Origin: Tubulanus polymorphus
Lineage: Eukaryota > Animalia > Nemertea
Direction of reading: 5' to 3'
Assembly (NCBI RefSeq): GCF_964204645.1
Contig: NC_134033.1
Coordinates: 7,510,655-7,574,654 of the forward strand
Length of the DNA stretch: 64,000 nt
Of this stretch, positions 25,001 to 37,412 are shown one piece after another (within the stretch, counting starts at the first letter, position 1; every line of letters starts with the position of its first letter). A program made the translations under genes and the position numbers. The notes under the pieces are model-generated. The model ran no database searches. It saw only the letters and a list, made by a program, of their open reading frames with translations, and was not told the DNA's origin.

Positions 25001-28000
25001 GTAAAAAATGCATAGAAAAGGTTGAAAATAAATGTTTTTATGATAAGTCTAGAAAATCTTTGGGATCACAGATTCAAGTTCGGAATGTTAATATCTGAAA
25101 CTAAGGTATCCCACTACGTCCATGGTGAACAAAAAATTGCATTCATGGAAATCCATTGTCAGAAGAGATAATTGCAAACCCATTAAAAGGAAGTAACCAG
25201 GCAAACAAAAGGTAAGTTTTTGTAATGAATATTCTTTAAAGCAGTTTCTTCAATATCTGACAACAACAAATGATTCACCTCAAAAATCACATAGCTCAAG
25301 ATACATCTGGCTATCTGAGAAAACCGGCAATGATTCAGAATATCACGACTTACCGACTAAAATAATCGGGGCTTCGGGGCAGTGATGTTTTATTTCTGGA
25401 AACCACTTTGTTGTGACATTTTCAAACGACGATGGACTCACTACGCTATAACATATTAAAAACACATCCGTCTGCAGAGAAAAGTAACAAAAAATATATA
25501 ACATATCATTTTATGCAATTACCAAAGAGGGATCTACCTAAACAAACAACCAGCCGGATAAGATGAGGCCACAAAAGTAATTGTGTATTTTTATTTATCA
25601 AAACACAAGACTGCATAGAAAAATAAAATCTGTAAAAGAGCTTCTAGAAATTTTCATTTCAAAATGATAACAACTAGGGGTCTAATGACACAATTCATTC
25701 TTGATGATCTGAAAATATCAATATTCAACATCCCCTGGTGAACAAATACAGTAATCATTGACCTTGAAAATCACCACAATCATAGGACATGTCATGTGCA
25801 ACAATTTTGCAATTAAGGAAGAAGAAGACAGACCTGCCAATATCAAAAACAGATTTGGAGTAATTTTGATAGTAGTTTCCTCACCAGTAGAGTAGTTTTG
25901 AATAAAAAACTCAAATAAATTGAATAATTTGCCTTCACTAGACGCTGTTAAACATGGATACACATTTGAATAGAAATCCTTAAATTTCTGACAGGACTTT
26001 TTGTTGCCTGTTAGGCATTAACAGTTGCTGCAGCTTCATTCTTCCACGACTTACTTCACAGAATCTATCATATATACAAGACACATGCATATGAGAAGAC
26101 AGCTCGTGAGGTATTGATTCAACTACGAGATGAATTCCTATCATAGTAATGGATTTTTCCCTGGGACCATATTAGCCGTGCACCGATAGTAGAGAAATCA
26201 ATACAATTTTTATTCCATACATGTTGTATCTTTATTGTCGGGACCTGTTTCATTAGAATACGTATTAACCCCAAGATCAACTTAATAATTGATATAGCTG
26301 CAAAGCAGCGTCAAGGGTATCTGCCTTGCTGGTTTAAATGTCGCAATTGGGAAGAGCACAAAGATTTCACCAAAATAATTCTTATCGGTATATAACAATT
26401 ATTTCGAAGGAGCTCGACACATATCCGGGATTTGTGGATCCACAAGGGCTACCACGTAAAATGTACTGATGTACCTTAATTGTTTGGCGCTTTCAAAGTT
26501 CCGTTGGGAGTTGCATGAACTAATCGTACCCATTGGCATATGGCACTTATGTGTATATGTACTTATACCATGTTTATGATTTGATCCAGCTTTGAAACTG
26601 AATTTAAAACATGCATTCGTGAAGCATTTTGATAATATTACATCATTTAGATCTTGATTTGTTCTATCAAGAACTCAATCTTACTCTGATGAGTTGATGT
26701 TAAACAGTGATAGGAATATATCTCTGTTAATTTGATAAGACATCTGTATTATTGAAATATTTGAATACATACATATGTAAAGTTGTAGATCACCAATAAA
26801 GCACTATCATCAATATTATCATAAATTAACAACTGATGGAATCCGAAGCAATGAATCCCTTCAGGTCACATGAATGTAAAATGTCAGAAAACCCGTTATT
26901 GCTGCTTTACAGCCAGGGTCTTAGCCAGAAATGAATATGTACGTATCAAAATTGGAACATCCGAAATAATCAGCCAGTCCAATTCAAGTGGTGCCGCAGG
27001 CGATACCCGAGGTACCAAGAGGGGGGGAGCTGGAGTGGGATGTCCCCCCCTCGTCAAAGGGGGATTTGGGGGCCTACCCCCAAAGAATCTTGAATTTCGG
27101 CCACAATTTAAGTGATTTTAAGAGCACTTGGAGTCAGAGGAATGGATAGGTATAAAACCTGTCTGAATGTGATAGAAAATGATAGAAATGAATGAAAAAA
27201 AAACGAAGCTTAATTCAACTGAGATCTAAGTATGTATATATTTATTTATCATTTACTAGGACTTTCAGAGGTTGAGCAATGTGACTAGACACTTGTCTCA
27301 GCACTGATCTACATAACAGCTGTTTGTAATACTTCCATACCATGATAGGTGCAGAAGCTATCTTTTAGTTTGCAGGCTACAGTATCATGACATACATGCA
27401 CGTACTCCACAAGGGGTTATCATTTATTTATTGTAAAGGGTCAGATGGATACACATGCAAAATAAACAAAACGCCTGCTATGTTTATACAGCCTGTCATT
27501 TTTAAGAAAATCTTCATATTCTGACCAGTCTTGACCAAACTTTCCGGTCCCGTCAATTTCAGTTTTTCATTTTCTCCCCGTCGTAAATGACGGGTAGGAC
27601 GGGTGCTGGCTAAGACCCTGTTTACAGCTATATTTTACATTTGATTTGGAAGGTCCTCTTGCTTAGGAGTCAGTTTGTCAAAGCATCGAAGCAATGCAGT
27701 CTAACTTGTTTACGTCTCAGTTGCAGCGTGGTCATTATATAGCTCACCTAAATCACTTACACAGCCAGAAAAATCTTATGAAATTAAAAGCGTTTTCCGA
27801 GCACTTAGAGCGATTTGAGCCCATAAACGATCACATATTTTGAAAGTAATGACCATTTCCAATGCGGCACATCCACATTTCACTAACAATCAGCATCTTA
27901 AGCAGTAGAGGTCGAACCCCTAAATAAGTGAACATTGTGCGCTGCGCACCGCGCCACCCGAATGACTGTATTGAGTATAGACACTCGAGACACGACAACG

Positions 28001-31000
28001 CCATGTTTTCTCACTAAACGTACTACTACTAGTGGCTATAAATAGACGTAGCCTACACGTACAAATGAGGTCACGTCACACAGGTGCACGGCTATCGCCG
28101 AAAGATCACAGGCACTTGAATATGGGCTTTGATAATGGATAATTCACCAGCGATACGTTGTTCCTACTTCGATAATCCGCCATGTTTTATAATATTTTAC
28201 CCATGATGCAACGCGCACCCGTCGTTTAACTATACAGAAAACGATCCTATCTCCGTAATGCTTAAATCTACCCGCAATTATCGGGACAGCCAAACACTGC
28301 CGATGATTGCCGAAGTACGTCCTTAGAGTGAATTTTAATCCTGACATATAAGGAGTGCCCATAATTTCAATTGTAGATGATTTTTTGGAAATATTGACAC
28401 TGTTTTAGCTCCATTAAAGATTTTAACTGGCAACAAAATGGATTTTTGAAAATTCGCGATGCCTCTTCGGGATTGCTGTGACGTCATCTGTCCCGATATT
28501 TGCGGGTAGATTTAAGCATTACGGAGATAGGAGCATTTCCAGCCTTTCTGTATAGTATAGTTAGACGAGGGATGCGCATTGGATCATGGGTAAAACAGTT
28601 GCATCATGGATAATTAAGAGTTATTAAATTAGAATAATTAAGATTACGATAAATTGTATCATTTTTTACACACCAACAAGGTCAAAGCCCATATTCAAAT
28701 GCCTGTGGATAGATCGATAATTGTAACAGAAGGAAATTATACACTTCAGTAATAGAATCTAATAGAATCTAACTGTAAAACGATATAAATGTTGTCCGGT
28801 CTGCGGCGCTTTTACGGCCACCGGTAACAGCAAACTTTCGAATAAACCCTACCCCCCCCCCCCTCACATTTTCTTATCGTTTTAAGGGTTTTCAGAAAAA
28901 TGACCTTGGACTTGAAAAATCCGGAAAACTTTCCTCCCTGTGAGAGACTCCCGAACACCGAGCTGGCGTGTGTTTAATATATATAGGTCATTCATCGATA
29001 GACAATGCGTGCACTAATCAAAATAACCTTGCAGCGGACATGGCAGGTATTCATTGTAGTAAAGTTCAGTTTTTTGGTAATTTTACTCACAATGGTAAAA
29101 TCATTGTAGGTATTGAGTTGAAATCATAAAATTAAGAAAAGAAATGTCTTTAAGCATAAAATTTATCTCATTTTTTTATTTTGCGCTCTAGGCCTTTCAA
29201 ATTGTATCCCTACTAGCGTAGTGACGGGAACTTTCTCGAAAAAACTACGCCAATATCGTAGATGTTGGCAGGACTGGAAAGACCCAAACGATGCGAATCC
29301 TGACTGAGAGCTAAACTTTTATTAAAAACTCAAAATCATGAACAACAAATTACATAGTAAACCTGTTAAAATACAGTAGCCTACAAGATCCCCAATGGGC
29401 ACTGTGGCCAGCCTGTCTGCTTTTCATAAAATGGCAAATGCATTCTGTGGATTATATTTGTCAAATTCACTCCCAGCTCAGAGTAAATACCTATAATTTA
29501 CACATTACAATCGTGTTTTCGCAAGTAGCACAGTACAGGCTGGCAGGAACAAATACCTCAGATCAATCTTTTCCTTGATTTGAATGCGGAATAGAATTGG
29601 ATTTCTAAAATTTGCTCAATAAAACAAAATTGAATTGGATTTGATATTCTATTTGTTCAATAAAGCAAAATTGAAATGGAGTTGATATTTGCTGAATAAA
29701 ATACGATTGAATTTGCAGTTTGAGCACATGGCTAATTAGCATATCAAGGTTATCCATGTGATTTGACCCCTCAGATTTGACGCCTCTCAGAAAAATAGAT
29801 GCCTCTAGGTGCACTTTCCTATTTTATACTTGATAAGGATTGAATCTTGTTGAAAGGCCATCGACTTTAAGGCTGTAGATACTTGCTGAGGTAACAGAAT
29901 TTAAAGCCCAACGCACGTGGCAAGGAAAAAATGTTTTTACCTGTGAAAACGCAAAGTCTTTTACATATGCCGTATGCATTGGAAACAATAACACCGTGTG
30001 ATGTGCAAATAAGTTTGTGTGTTGAAAACCTTTTTCATCCAATGTGTTCTGGATGTTTTCTGTTTTGGAAAACATCTACCACGGCCAAATAACCGATAAG
30101 GGAGCATCACTGCATCACATGACATAAACACAAATTGATGTGAATAACTGATTGTATTGCTGTCTTCGTGGATTCCATGGCTGAAGAAATGTTATCTGCG
30201 TCATTTTGCTATGCCATTTGTGTTGAATGTTTAATCGATTGAGGGTAAAATTTTAATTAATAAGACTTGTCTTCTCTTTTGGTGAAACAATTGTTTTGCT
30301 GTGTGAAGCGGGCTTAAGAATACCATTTAGTGTCATTGGATGCTAGTCAGTGTAGGGCTTTTGCAGAATAATGTTCGACAGCATGATAGCACCTACTATG
30401 GACATCATAGGGAAAATTAGGATTTCTTAGGAAAATCGTTGAATAGTAAGAATTCCCAAGGAACAATTTCAAAAATTGAAACGGAGTAGGCCTAAGAATC
30501 AGTTAGAAAAGTAGAACAACTTGCATGCTTGCCATTACAGCGAAAAAATGCCCAAAAATATCTATTGAAATGCATCATCATCATCGGATGGCTGCCGAGC
30601 AGGCGCCTGCAAGCTTTGACCAACCCTTTCTGTCCGTGGCAAGGTCTGCGATACTCTGTGGGGACAGGTGGTTGTTGTAATTTCCTAAGATTTGCTGAAT
30701 ATATTTCAGGTAGGAGATGCGCTGTCATTAACCATGTTGTGGCACATAGAGGGCATATATTCTAGCTGGCTCCTCTTCTGGCAGGCGTAGAATGTGGCCC
30801 AGGAATCTCAGCTGTCTAGATCAAACTTGCTCGATAAGCAGCCTGGATTTAGTCATCTCGTAGACGTGGTCATTTGAGATGTCGCAAACAAGTTGATGCG
30901 GCTCTCCATTTCTGATGTGATGACCCAAGACAGACAGCCATATAAAAGTACTAAGACACGTCATGAGGCCTTGAAGAGCTTTATCTTGGTTGCCACTGGG

Positions 31001-34000
31001 GTGTCACTACTTCTCCAGAATTATTCCAGCTACCCCAAGTAAGCCCAAGTAAGAGCCCTGCAGAGTTGCCACTTATGTGAAGCTAAAAATCTGGAAAATT
31101 AGTCGGGAGGTCTGGGGCCCTCCCCCAGAAAAATTTTTGAAATTAGAACGCCAGGAGATGCGTTCTGGCGCAATTCGCGTTATAGGCCTCACTTTCATTA
31201 CCGGGAGTGTGTATCAATTTTCACGTCTGTCAATTACAATCCAATGAAAATCTGTCGCTTCAAACTTTCAGTAAGCGTTTTCTCAAAGGTTATACACTTA
31301 CTCACTCCAAGATATGTCAATAACAACAATGTGTATAGATCATTTTTTCAAATAGCGATTGGTTCCGCCAAATACACCTCATATATAAACCAGAGCCAAA
31401 AACAAACGAAGCGTCAGTCGATTTCGATCGTCGCGTCATCTTGGTTTAATCGTGTACTGCGGGGTTGTTGCCACGTAGTGGCAGCACAAACCCTCTACGG
31501 AGCCGTTACGTTTTGATGTTTAGGGTCGAATCCCGAATTGATTTTATTTTTTTTGCGATGTTTTATTTTGTGGTTATTTGAGTTCTCCCAAAAATCCGGA
31601 AATGAAATTGGATTTTTTTAAATCCGGAATTCCGGAGAAATCCGGAGAAGCGGCAACTCTGGCCCTGCGTCGTTTCAGATCATTGCTGCTTTAGGCGATC
31701 ATGGAGCCAAGATACTTGAAGTCCTGGACCACATTTATGGCCTCACCATATACATAGAGATCACTTGGATCATTGCTGTTAGACACGCACTCTATTTTTG
31801 GTATACTGATGATGAGGCCAATCTTGGCAGCAGAGATTTTCGTACTAGTCAGTTGGTTCTGAGCTTGCGTCTTTACAGACTCCAGAAATGCAATATCGTC
31901 CAGATCATTTATCCACTTTTTTGGGTGCCGTCGTGATGCCCTTGGATGCGTTACGATCCCAGAGTCATTACAGGCAGTCGCTCGCTTCAAGAGATAGTCA
32001 ATCAAAAATACAATTGAAATACAATGGAACCTCATTATAACAAAAATTCGAAAAATCTATTCATAAACAACTGATACTTTGTTTGTTGTATTCAGCATGA
32101 AATCGATTAAAATATTTCAAAATTAGTACAAAATTCATAGTAGATTGTTATATTGAGTTGTTAAATCTGAGATAGTTCAGATGAAGGAGGTTCCAATGAA
32201 ACAAGGTTTGTTCTTTGTACCTGCGGATATGACAAAGGACGTAGTCTGTCATAATCCTCTTGTCCAGCAGTGTCCCATAAACCTAAATTCACAGCTATTC
32301 CATCCACCATCATTGACGCTGTGTAATTATCAAACCTTCAAAAAAAAAATCAACATCAATTCATTCGTTAATAACCATTTGTTTATTATGGAGCATGTAT
32401 TGTCAACTAATCATCGATTAGTCAGATGAATAAAGGGCTTTTCAGAGGCTAGGGCACCAAACTTTCTAACAGTGATCTAGGCCTATGTCAATGTACTTTC
32501 CAGTGGCTGATTTAAAGATAGACTTCAGAATTTAGTTTAATTAGTGTCCATATGATACCTATAGCATGTAAAATTTTTGGCCTGTTAAAATCTGGACATT
32601 TTGTATGCCAGTGATTCCATATCCTGTAAACTGATCGAACATTAATGTAAATAAACAGGTGCACAATCTCCCGTCAACGCATCAAATGCATCAACCGCAT
32701 AGCATGAGTAACCTTGCTGAGTCACTTGAGACACTCATTATATTAATCCACAATTGGCTAGTGATATTCTTAACGTTGATTTTTATCATTGAAAAATGAA
32801 AGGGAAAATAATATTCAAGAAAGCTTAAATATTATGTTTAAAGAAAGCATAGAAATGACATCTAAAATCATAAAATCAGGACATAGATATTCTAAAATCC
32901 TATCTTTATAGCATAAGTCGGAACATCGTATTTTTCAATACCGACGCATAGCGATTAGGCCTACGACCAAATCGGGACACTTCGCAGCACTGAATTTAAA
33001 TGGGAATGTTACTCAGACCATATGCTACATGTTAGCCAAGTTTGAAAAAATATCTCGAAAAATGGAGGATGTATCGCGCTAACTTCTTTTCCAATGCAGC
33101 CCCCGCAATTTAAACTTCAGCGACCTTATTTCATGTTCAAAAAAATTTGCCAGCCTTAAGGGGCAACTGTGACTAAAACTGGAATCTGAGCGATCAATTT
33201 TTTGCCAGTTGCGTTTACAACTGACAGCGACGGTTGGCAACAAACAAACTGCCAGTCGCTACGAGTTGAACATGTTGAACTTTCAGCAACACGTCGCAGC
33301 GACTACCACAAGTTGTGCAGCGTTTTTGTCGACTTGAGTGCTTCTGCAACCAATTTCCGATATCAAACTGTAATGACATTGACCTTGCCACTGTATGGGT
33401 TCGAGTCCTGCTACATAATGTTTATTAAAACAATTCTATTTGGGCCGCTTTTTGTCAATAACTTTATGTTCCAACTATGAACACTGATAAATAGAACAGT
33501 CTTCATCTTGAAATATAAACTCTAAAATGAAGGTTCTATCGCGATAACTTTGTTTTCCAATGCAGCCCACACAATTTAAGCTACAGCGACCTAATTTCAT
33601 GTTCAACAAAATTTGCCAGCCTAAAGGGGCACTCAGATCGCCCTTACAACTATGACTACAACTGGAAGCGACTGATTCGAGCAACTAGCAGCGATCGTCA
33701 GCGATCAGTTTTTGGGCCAGTTGCGTTTACAATTGACAGCTGCGGTCGGTGATGGACAAACTGCCAGTTGCTGAGTTCAACATGTTGAACTTTCAGCAAC
33801 GTATCGCAGCGACTACCACAAGTTGCGCAGTGTTTTTGTCGACTTGAGTGCTTCTGCAACCGATTTCCGATATCTAACTGTAATGACATTCACCTTGCCG
33901 CTGTGTATGGGTTTGAGGCCTGCTATATAATGTTTAGTAAAACAATTCTGGCTGCAATTAACTGATATCTATCTCAGTGTAGAGTTAACAAATAAAAACC

Positions 34001-36551
34001 CACAGTTAGGTCTGTAAAACAGTTAATTTTCTTGACAGTTTCGAAGCTTTCACTAAGCCCCATCATCAGAAGAACAAAAACACAACAATAATTAAAGTAA
34101 TTCAAAATTACTTTAAATGGTAAATTACTTCAAAATTTTGCTAAATTAGCAAAATAAAATCTATACATGCAAAGTAAACGGTAACCAGTCTACCTGGTCG
34201 GCCTCGGATTGCACCAGAAAGCACCTGCTTGCACGGAATTTTCAAAAAATTTCTGGGGAGGACCCTCATACCCCCTCTATTCTTCAGTAGGGGTCCAGGG
34301 ACATCATACCCACTTGGGAAGTGGTTTCAGATGATCAGCAATCTAACCAATTCAATATTCAACGCCCCATCGAATGAAAAAATCCAACCCTGAAACTCAC
34401 CACAATCATAGAACATAGCAGCAGCTACAATTCTGTAATTGATTGTGGTAACAAAATATGCCTAGTTACCAATAGGCCTTTGATATGGAAAAACTATGCT
34501 ATTCTACTATTCAACGCCTCCTGGTGACCATATACAAAGCCCAATGACCTTGAAACTCACCATAATTATAGAACATGTCGGGAGCTACAACTTTCCAAAT
34601 GATTGTGGTAGCAAAATATGCATAGGTACGAATATTATATAGAATTACTAAGTTATTATATTGTTCAACGCCCCCTGGTGGCCATATACAGAAACCAATG
34701 ACCTTGAAACTCACCACGATCATAGAATATGTCAGCAGCTACAATTTTGTAATTGATTGTGGTAACAAAATATGCCTAAGTACCAATACAATACGGAAAT
34801 ACTAAGTTATTCTACTATTCAACACCCCCTAGTGACCATATAGAATTACCGATGACCTTGAAACTCACCACGATCATAGACCATGTCATGAGCTACAACT
34901 TTCCAATTGATCGTGGCAACAAAAATCCCTTATCAATAAAATGTGGAAAAACTTTTTACCACCTACGAATGAGTACTGATGACACCAAAATGGCTGCCAA
35001 TTGCGTCATAATTGCCTAATCAAATATACCTGTTTTGGGTATAAGAGATCCCTTACCAAAGAATACTCATCACAAATTGCAATGAAAAATGGCAAACAAT
35101 AAGGAAGCTACAGAACTCAGAGTTCAGACAAAAATTGACATTTTTGGGCATAAAAAAAGTCACAGGACAGCCAGCTTGAGTCCGATCAACTCAACTTTTC
35201 TCATGCTGATGGGCCCTTTGGAGATACAAATATATACGAACGATCAAGGTAGTTCATAAACGCTTCTTCAAAATTTCCCTTGAAAACTTCGAAAATGTGT
35301 AAAAGTGCCGATTTTGGCAAACAACAATGGCTGCCAGTTGGCCATCTTGAATCTGACAGGGCCAGTTTTTTAGCTGAAGATGTGTCTAGGGTAGATACAC
35401 GTATAAACCAAATATCAAGACATTACCTCAAAGCGTCTTCAAAACTTCCCAAAATAACTGACAACGGACACACGTACCCACTAAAACGACTTATGGGGTG
35501 AGTTAAAGGTACGGACAACACTTGTGAGGTTCACTTTTCTATTCTCGTAAGAGAGTCCTTGTGGGCTTCTGTCCAAAATTAGTGAGTTGACAGACAATGT
35601 GAAAAATGTGAAATAAGTATTCATGTGGCGAACAACAATCGTAAGTCCAACATGGGCTAAAAACGGAAATTGTTTTTACTTTAAAAATTTGAAACTAACG
35701 AGCCGGTTCAGCTGGTTTTGGTTTTTAAACCAAATTACCAATTTCTCAAATAAGCAATGATCTTTAAAACGTAAAATCTCGGGATTTTTCATTCTTATGC
35801 AGTCGATATGCGGAAAAAATTCATGCTGTTCCGATGAGAATTATCAATTCTTGATTTAAGGACAGTTCTGCTGAGGGTTATAATCACTCGTAGTTTCTAT
35901 TAATAAGTTGAGAATGAGAGGACCATGTTGAGTAAGTATGCAGCACTGCAGGGACTAGTTACTGATTCATATTATTGTGATTCAGAACTAATGCAGTAGT
36001 TCACATCAATACGAATATATCAAATGATCTATAACTCAAATGAACTGAATGGTTCCTGATTTTAGGGAAAGACTGCTCTCCTTCAATCAATGGTTTAAAG
36101 GGAATGAATTGTTTAGCCACGTTAATAGAAACATGCTATTTTCTCATATGGTGATTCTCCCTTTTTGATTATGAAATAGCGATGATTTTCTCTCTTCCCT
36201 CTCATAATTATTTGGTGTCTTCCTTACAAACCCACAGATTAAAGGCGATTTTGCATAAAAATGAGAATCGTCTGCACAACTTTGCATGGTATCAGAGTCT
36301 TTTTAAATAAAAATAATATTGCTTTTAATCACATTTTCTATTCTCCACATCTGAGTGTTCCTATTTTGTGTGCAGAGAAACTATAGCGTATGACAGGTTA
36401 TGTAAAAAACTACTCACACAGTAGGAACATACTCCTCAGGAAAACTGTCAGTTGTATACGATATCAGCATACATGTTTTACCTACAGTTCCATCACCGAC
36501 CACTACACACTTAATAGGGTGACCCTGCGTCATCAATACTGGAGATGCCAT
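15996..36551 (-). CDS. Mtl: Rho-family small GTPase, Mtl/MIG-2 (RhoG/Rac-related) type; spliced gene, 5 coding exons, 606 nt, 201 aa
   Basis: Manual exon join with GT-AG sites and consistent phases gives [202 protein letters not shown]1-G5 motifs are all present. [19 protein letters not shown] and KREQG match Mtl/MIG-2 as recalled. Confidence 0.93.
16551..17645. mobile_element. MITE / non-autonomous TIR element with apparent 5-bp TSD (GATCA)
   Basis: TIR caagcccgtagccagg / cctggctacaggcttg. GATCA at 16546-50 and 17646-50. An extra internal terminus at ~17042-17057. Confidence 0.65.
17921..18135 (+). repeat. Interspersed repeat shared with ~58727-58936
   Basis: ttaccttaccgctgtttc...gggccgtaaacatcga...ccccattcaatg...gtcacttcgattatc is present in both places. 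Confidence 0.8.
18205..18866 (+). pseudogene. Decayed CR1/L2-clade LINE reverse transcriptase fragment
   Basis: Translates to [17 protein letters not shown] and [22 protein letters not shown] (RT motifs), with stops and frameshifts. Confidence 0.8.
18900..19630 (+). pseudogene. CR1-like LINE relic: ORF1 piece plus ORF2 linker piece
   Basis: DIEITHRVP...[12 protein letters not shown] is ORF1-like. YWVIIRKL...IPTL...FEKANLLLN is ORF2 tether-like. Confidence 0.6.
21395..21505 (+). pseudogene. CR1-like ORF2 fragment upstream of the RT domain
   Basis: [19 protein letters not shown] matches the KA-x-GPDGI motif. Confidence 0.7.
22533..22820 (-). mobile_element. piggyBac-type MITE, copy 2 (inverted; in the last Mtl intron)
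   Basis: TTAA TSD. Reverse-complement match to 11621-11918. Confidence 0.88.
23128..23470. repeat. Degenerate short-unit tandem array with ttcgatcgaa / ttcgttcgaa palindromes
   Basis: Recurring tttt(t)cgt.cgaac / ttgtcagaac units. Confidence 0.55.
23505..24107 (-). pseudogene. Inverted second copy of the decayed LINE RT fragment
   Basis: Reverse-complement similarity to 18205-18866 along its length. Confidence 0.75.
24606..24766 (-). CDS. Mtl: Mtl-like GTPase coding exon 4 (G4, Rho insert, G5)
   Basis: tttgtag acceptor. Encodes (G)[10 protein letters not shown]...[20 protein letters not shown] donor. Lies within track ORF 24570..24776. Confidence 0.95.
25354..25471 (-). CDS. Mtl: Mtl-like GTPase coding exon 3
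   Basis: ttttctctgcag acceptor. Encodes [45 protein letters not shown] donor. Confidence 0.95.
25674..25812 (-). mobile_element. Short HINE terminal fragment
   Basis: actaggggtc terminus plus one ~150-bp unit. Confidence 0.6.
26914..27620. mobile_element. hAT-type MITE
   Basis: Perfect TIR cagggtcttagccag / ctggctaagaccctg and perfect 8-bp TSD tttacagc. Confidence 0.9.
28107..28707. mobile_element. Palindromic MITE with CAC...GTG ends and 3-bp GAT TSD (CMC-like)
   Basis: TIR cacaggca.ttgaatatgggctttga. Internal 33-bp inverted match tcctatctccgtaatgcttaaatctacccgcaa. Confidence 0.8.
30574..32010 (-). pseudogene. 5'-truncated RTE-clade LINE (RT C-terminus to 3' tail), split by a MITE
   Basis: DDIAFL...KIGLIIS..K...VQDFKYLGS, then DLKRRRAL. 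(GAT)n tail at ~30574-30586. Confidence 0.8.
31061..31661. mobile_element. MITE with 6-bp TSD inserted in the RTE relic
   Basis: TIR cagagttgcc / ggcaactctg. gccctg is duplicated at 31055-60 and 31662-67. Confidence 0.85.
32221..32335 (-). CDS. Mtl: Mtl-like GTPase coding exon 2 (switch II)
   Basis: T-rich tract plus AG acceptor. Encodes [40 protein letters not shown] donor at 32220. Confidence 0.95.
33089..33949 (+). repeat. Local tandem duplication (~33089-33439 vs ~33555-33949) including a MITE-like piece
   Basis: ttccaatgcagccc...aaaacaattct repeated with indels. Confidence 0.8.
34029..34074 (-). ncRNA. Minimal type I hammerhead ribozyme motif (Penelope-like), intronic and sense to Mtl
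   Basis: UUCUU-CUGAUGA-U-GGGGCUU-AGUGA-AAGCUUC-GAAA-C-U-G-UC-AAGAA: intact core, 7-bp helix II, 5-bp helix I. Confidence 0.65.
34288..35460 (-). mobile_element. HINE copy 2, in the first coding intron of Mtl
   Basis: taggggtccagggac terminus, subTIR, four ~154-bp units. Body is shared with copies 1 and 3. Confidence 0.8.
36418..36551 (-). CDS. Mtl: Mtl-like GTPase coding exon 1 (P-loop, switch I)
   Basis: ATG at 36551 with in-frame TGA directly before it. Encodes [44 protein letters not shown]. Donor GTGAGT at 36417. Confidence 0.93.
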
Positions 36552-37412
36552 TCAGCCTGCTGCAATATCAAATGTACAAAATCATATGTAGAATTTCATA
36601 GCAGAGACTCTCAGTCAATGAATAACATTAAATCAAAGACTATTGAAAATGAAAAACCTTTCATTTAATAAAACAGGCGTAACCAGTATGCACAAGATTA
36701 TTCTGATTACCTTCATGAAACTGGGTGTAGCACCAACATAGCATAAATGACCAGAATAAATTTACCTTTGCTTACGGTTTCTGACCCTGTCAAGAAGGTG
36801 CTGACAGAAAATATTTTTGGGACTAACTGGAAAATAATTAAAGACCAATGGTCTTGTAGCTCACCTGACCATCAACTAATAAGCAGTTTAAAGACTTGTT
36901 ATATAATATCCCATGTATAAAATGGATTAGACGCTGGTCTTATTGCAAGGGCCAGTGGCAAGATGGGAAGAGGAAAATCGATATACACATAGCCTTTCAA
37001 ACCTTCAAAGGAGCGATCAAAATCAAACGGCTACTCTTGTTTTAATAACCATATTTATTTTCAGATAATAATATTCATATCAAAAGATAGGATAGGAGCT
37101 AGGCCTAATCATATCAGAAATTTTGTCTTAGAATATTGGTTGAAATGTGTTTTTCGGAAAAATCTATAATTCCTGCTTCAATGAGTCGAGGTGGTGATTC
37201 ATTCTTGGGGTACCGGTATCTGTAAAACAATGCGTAAGATCAATAGAAATAAAGTGAAAATTAAATTGCATTTAATTGAATTGCAATAACAGTGTAATAC
37301 TAGACAAGAGGATTGATATCCTGTCCGTCGGTCCCGTACTAACATCTTGCTGTAATAGACATTTTCGGGGCACTAAGGACCAATGACAATCATTATTCAT
37401 AGAATATCTTAC

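Noticed and set aside
26686-26712. Other CTGATGA hits as hammerheads (also ~15579, 31807, 49416)
   Set aside because: No helix II followed by GAAA.
32181-36668. Plus-strand ORFs 32181..32429 and 36390..36668
   Set aside because: Antisense shadows of Mtl exons.
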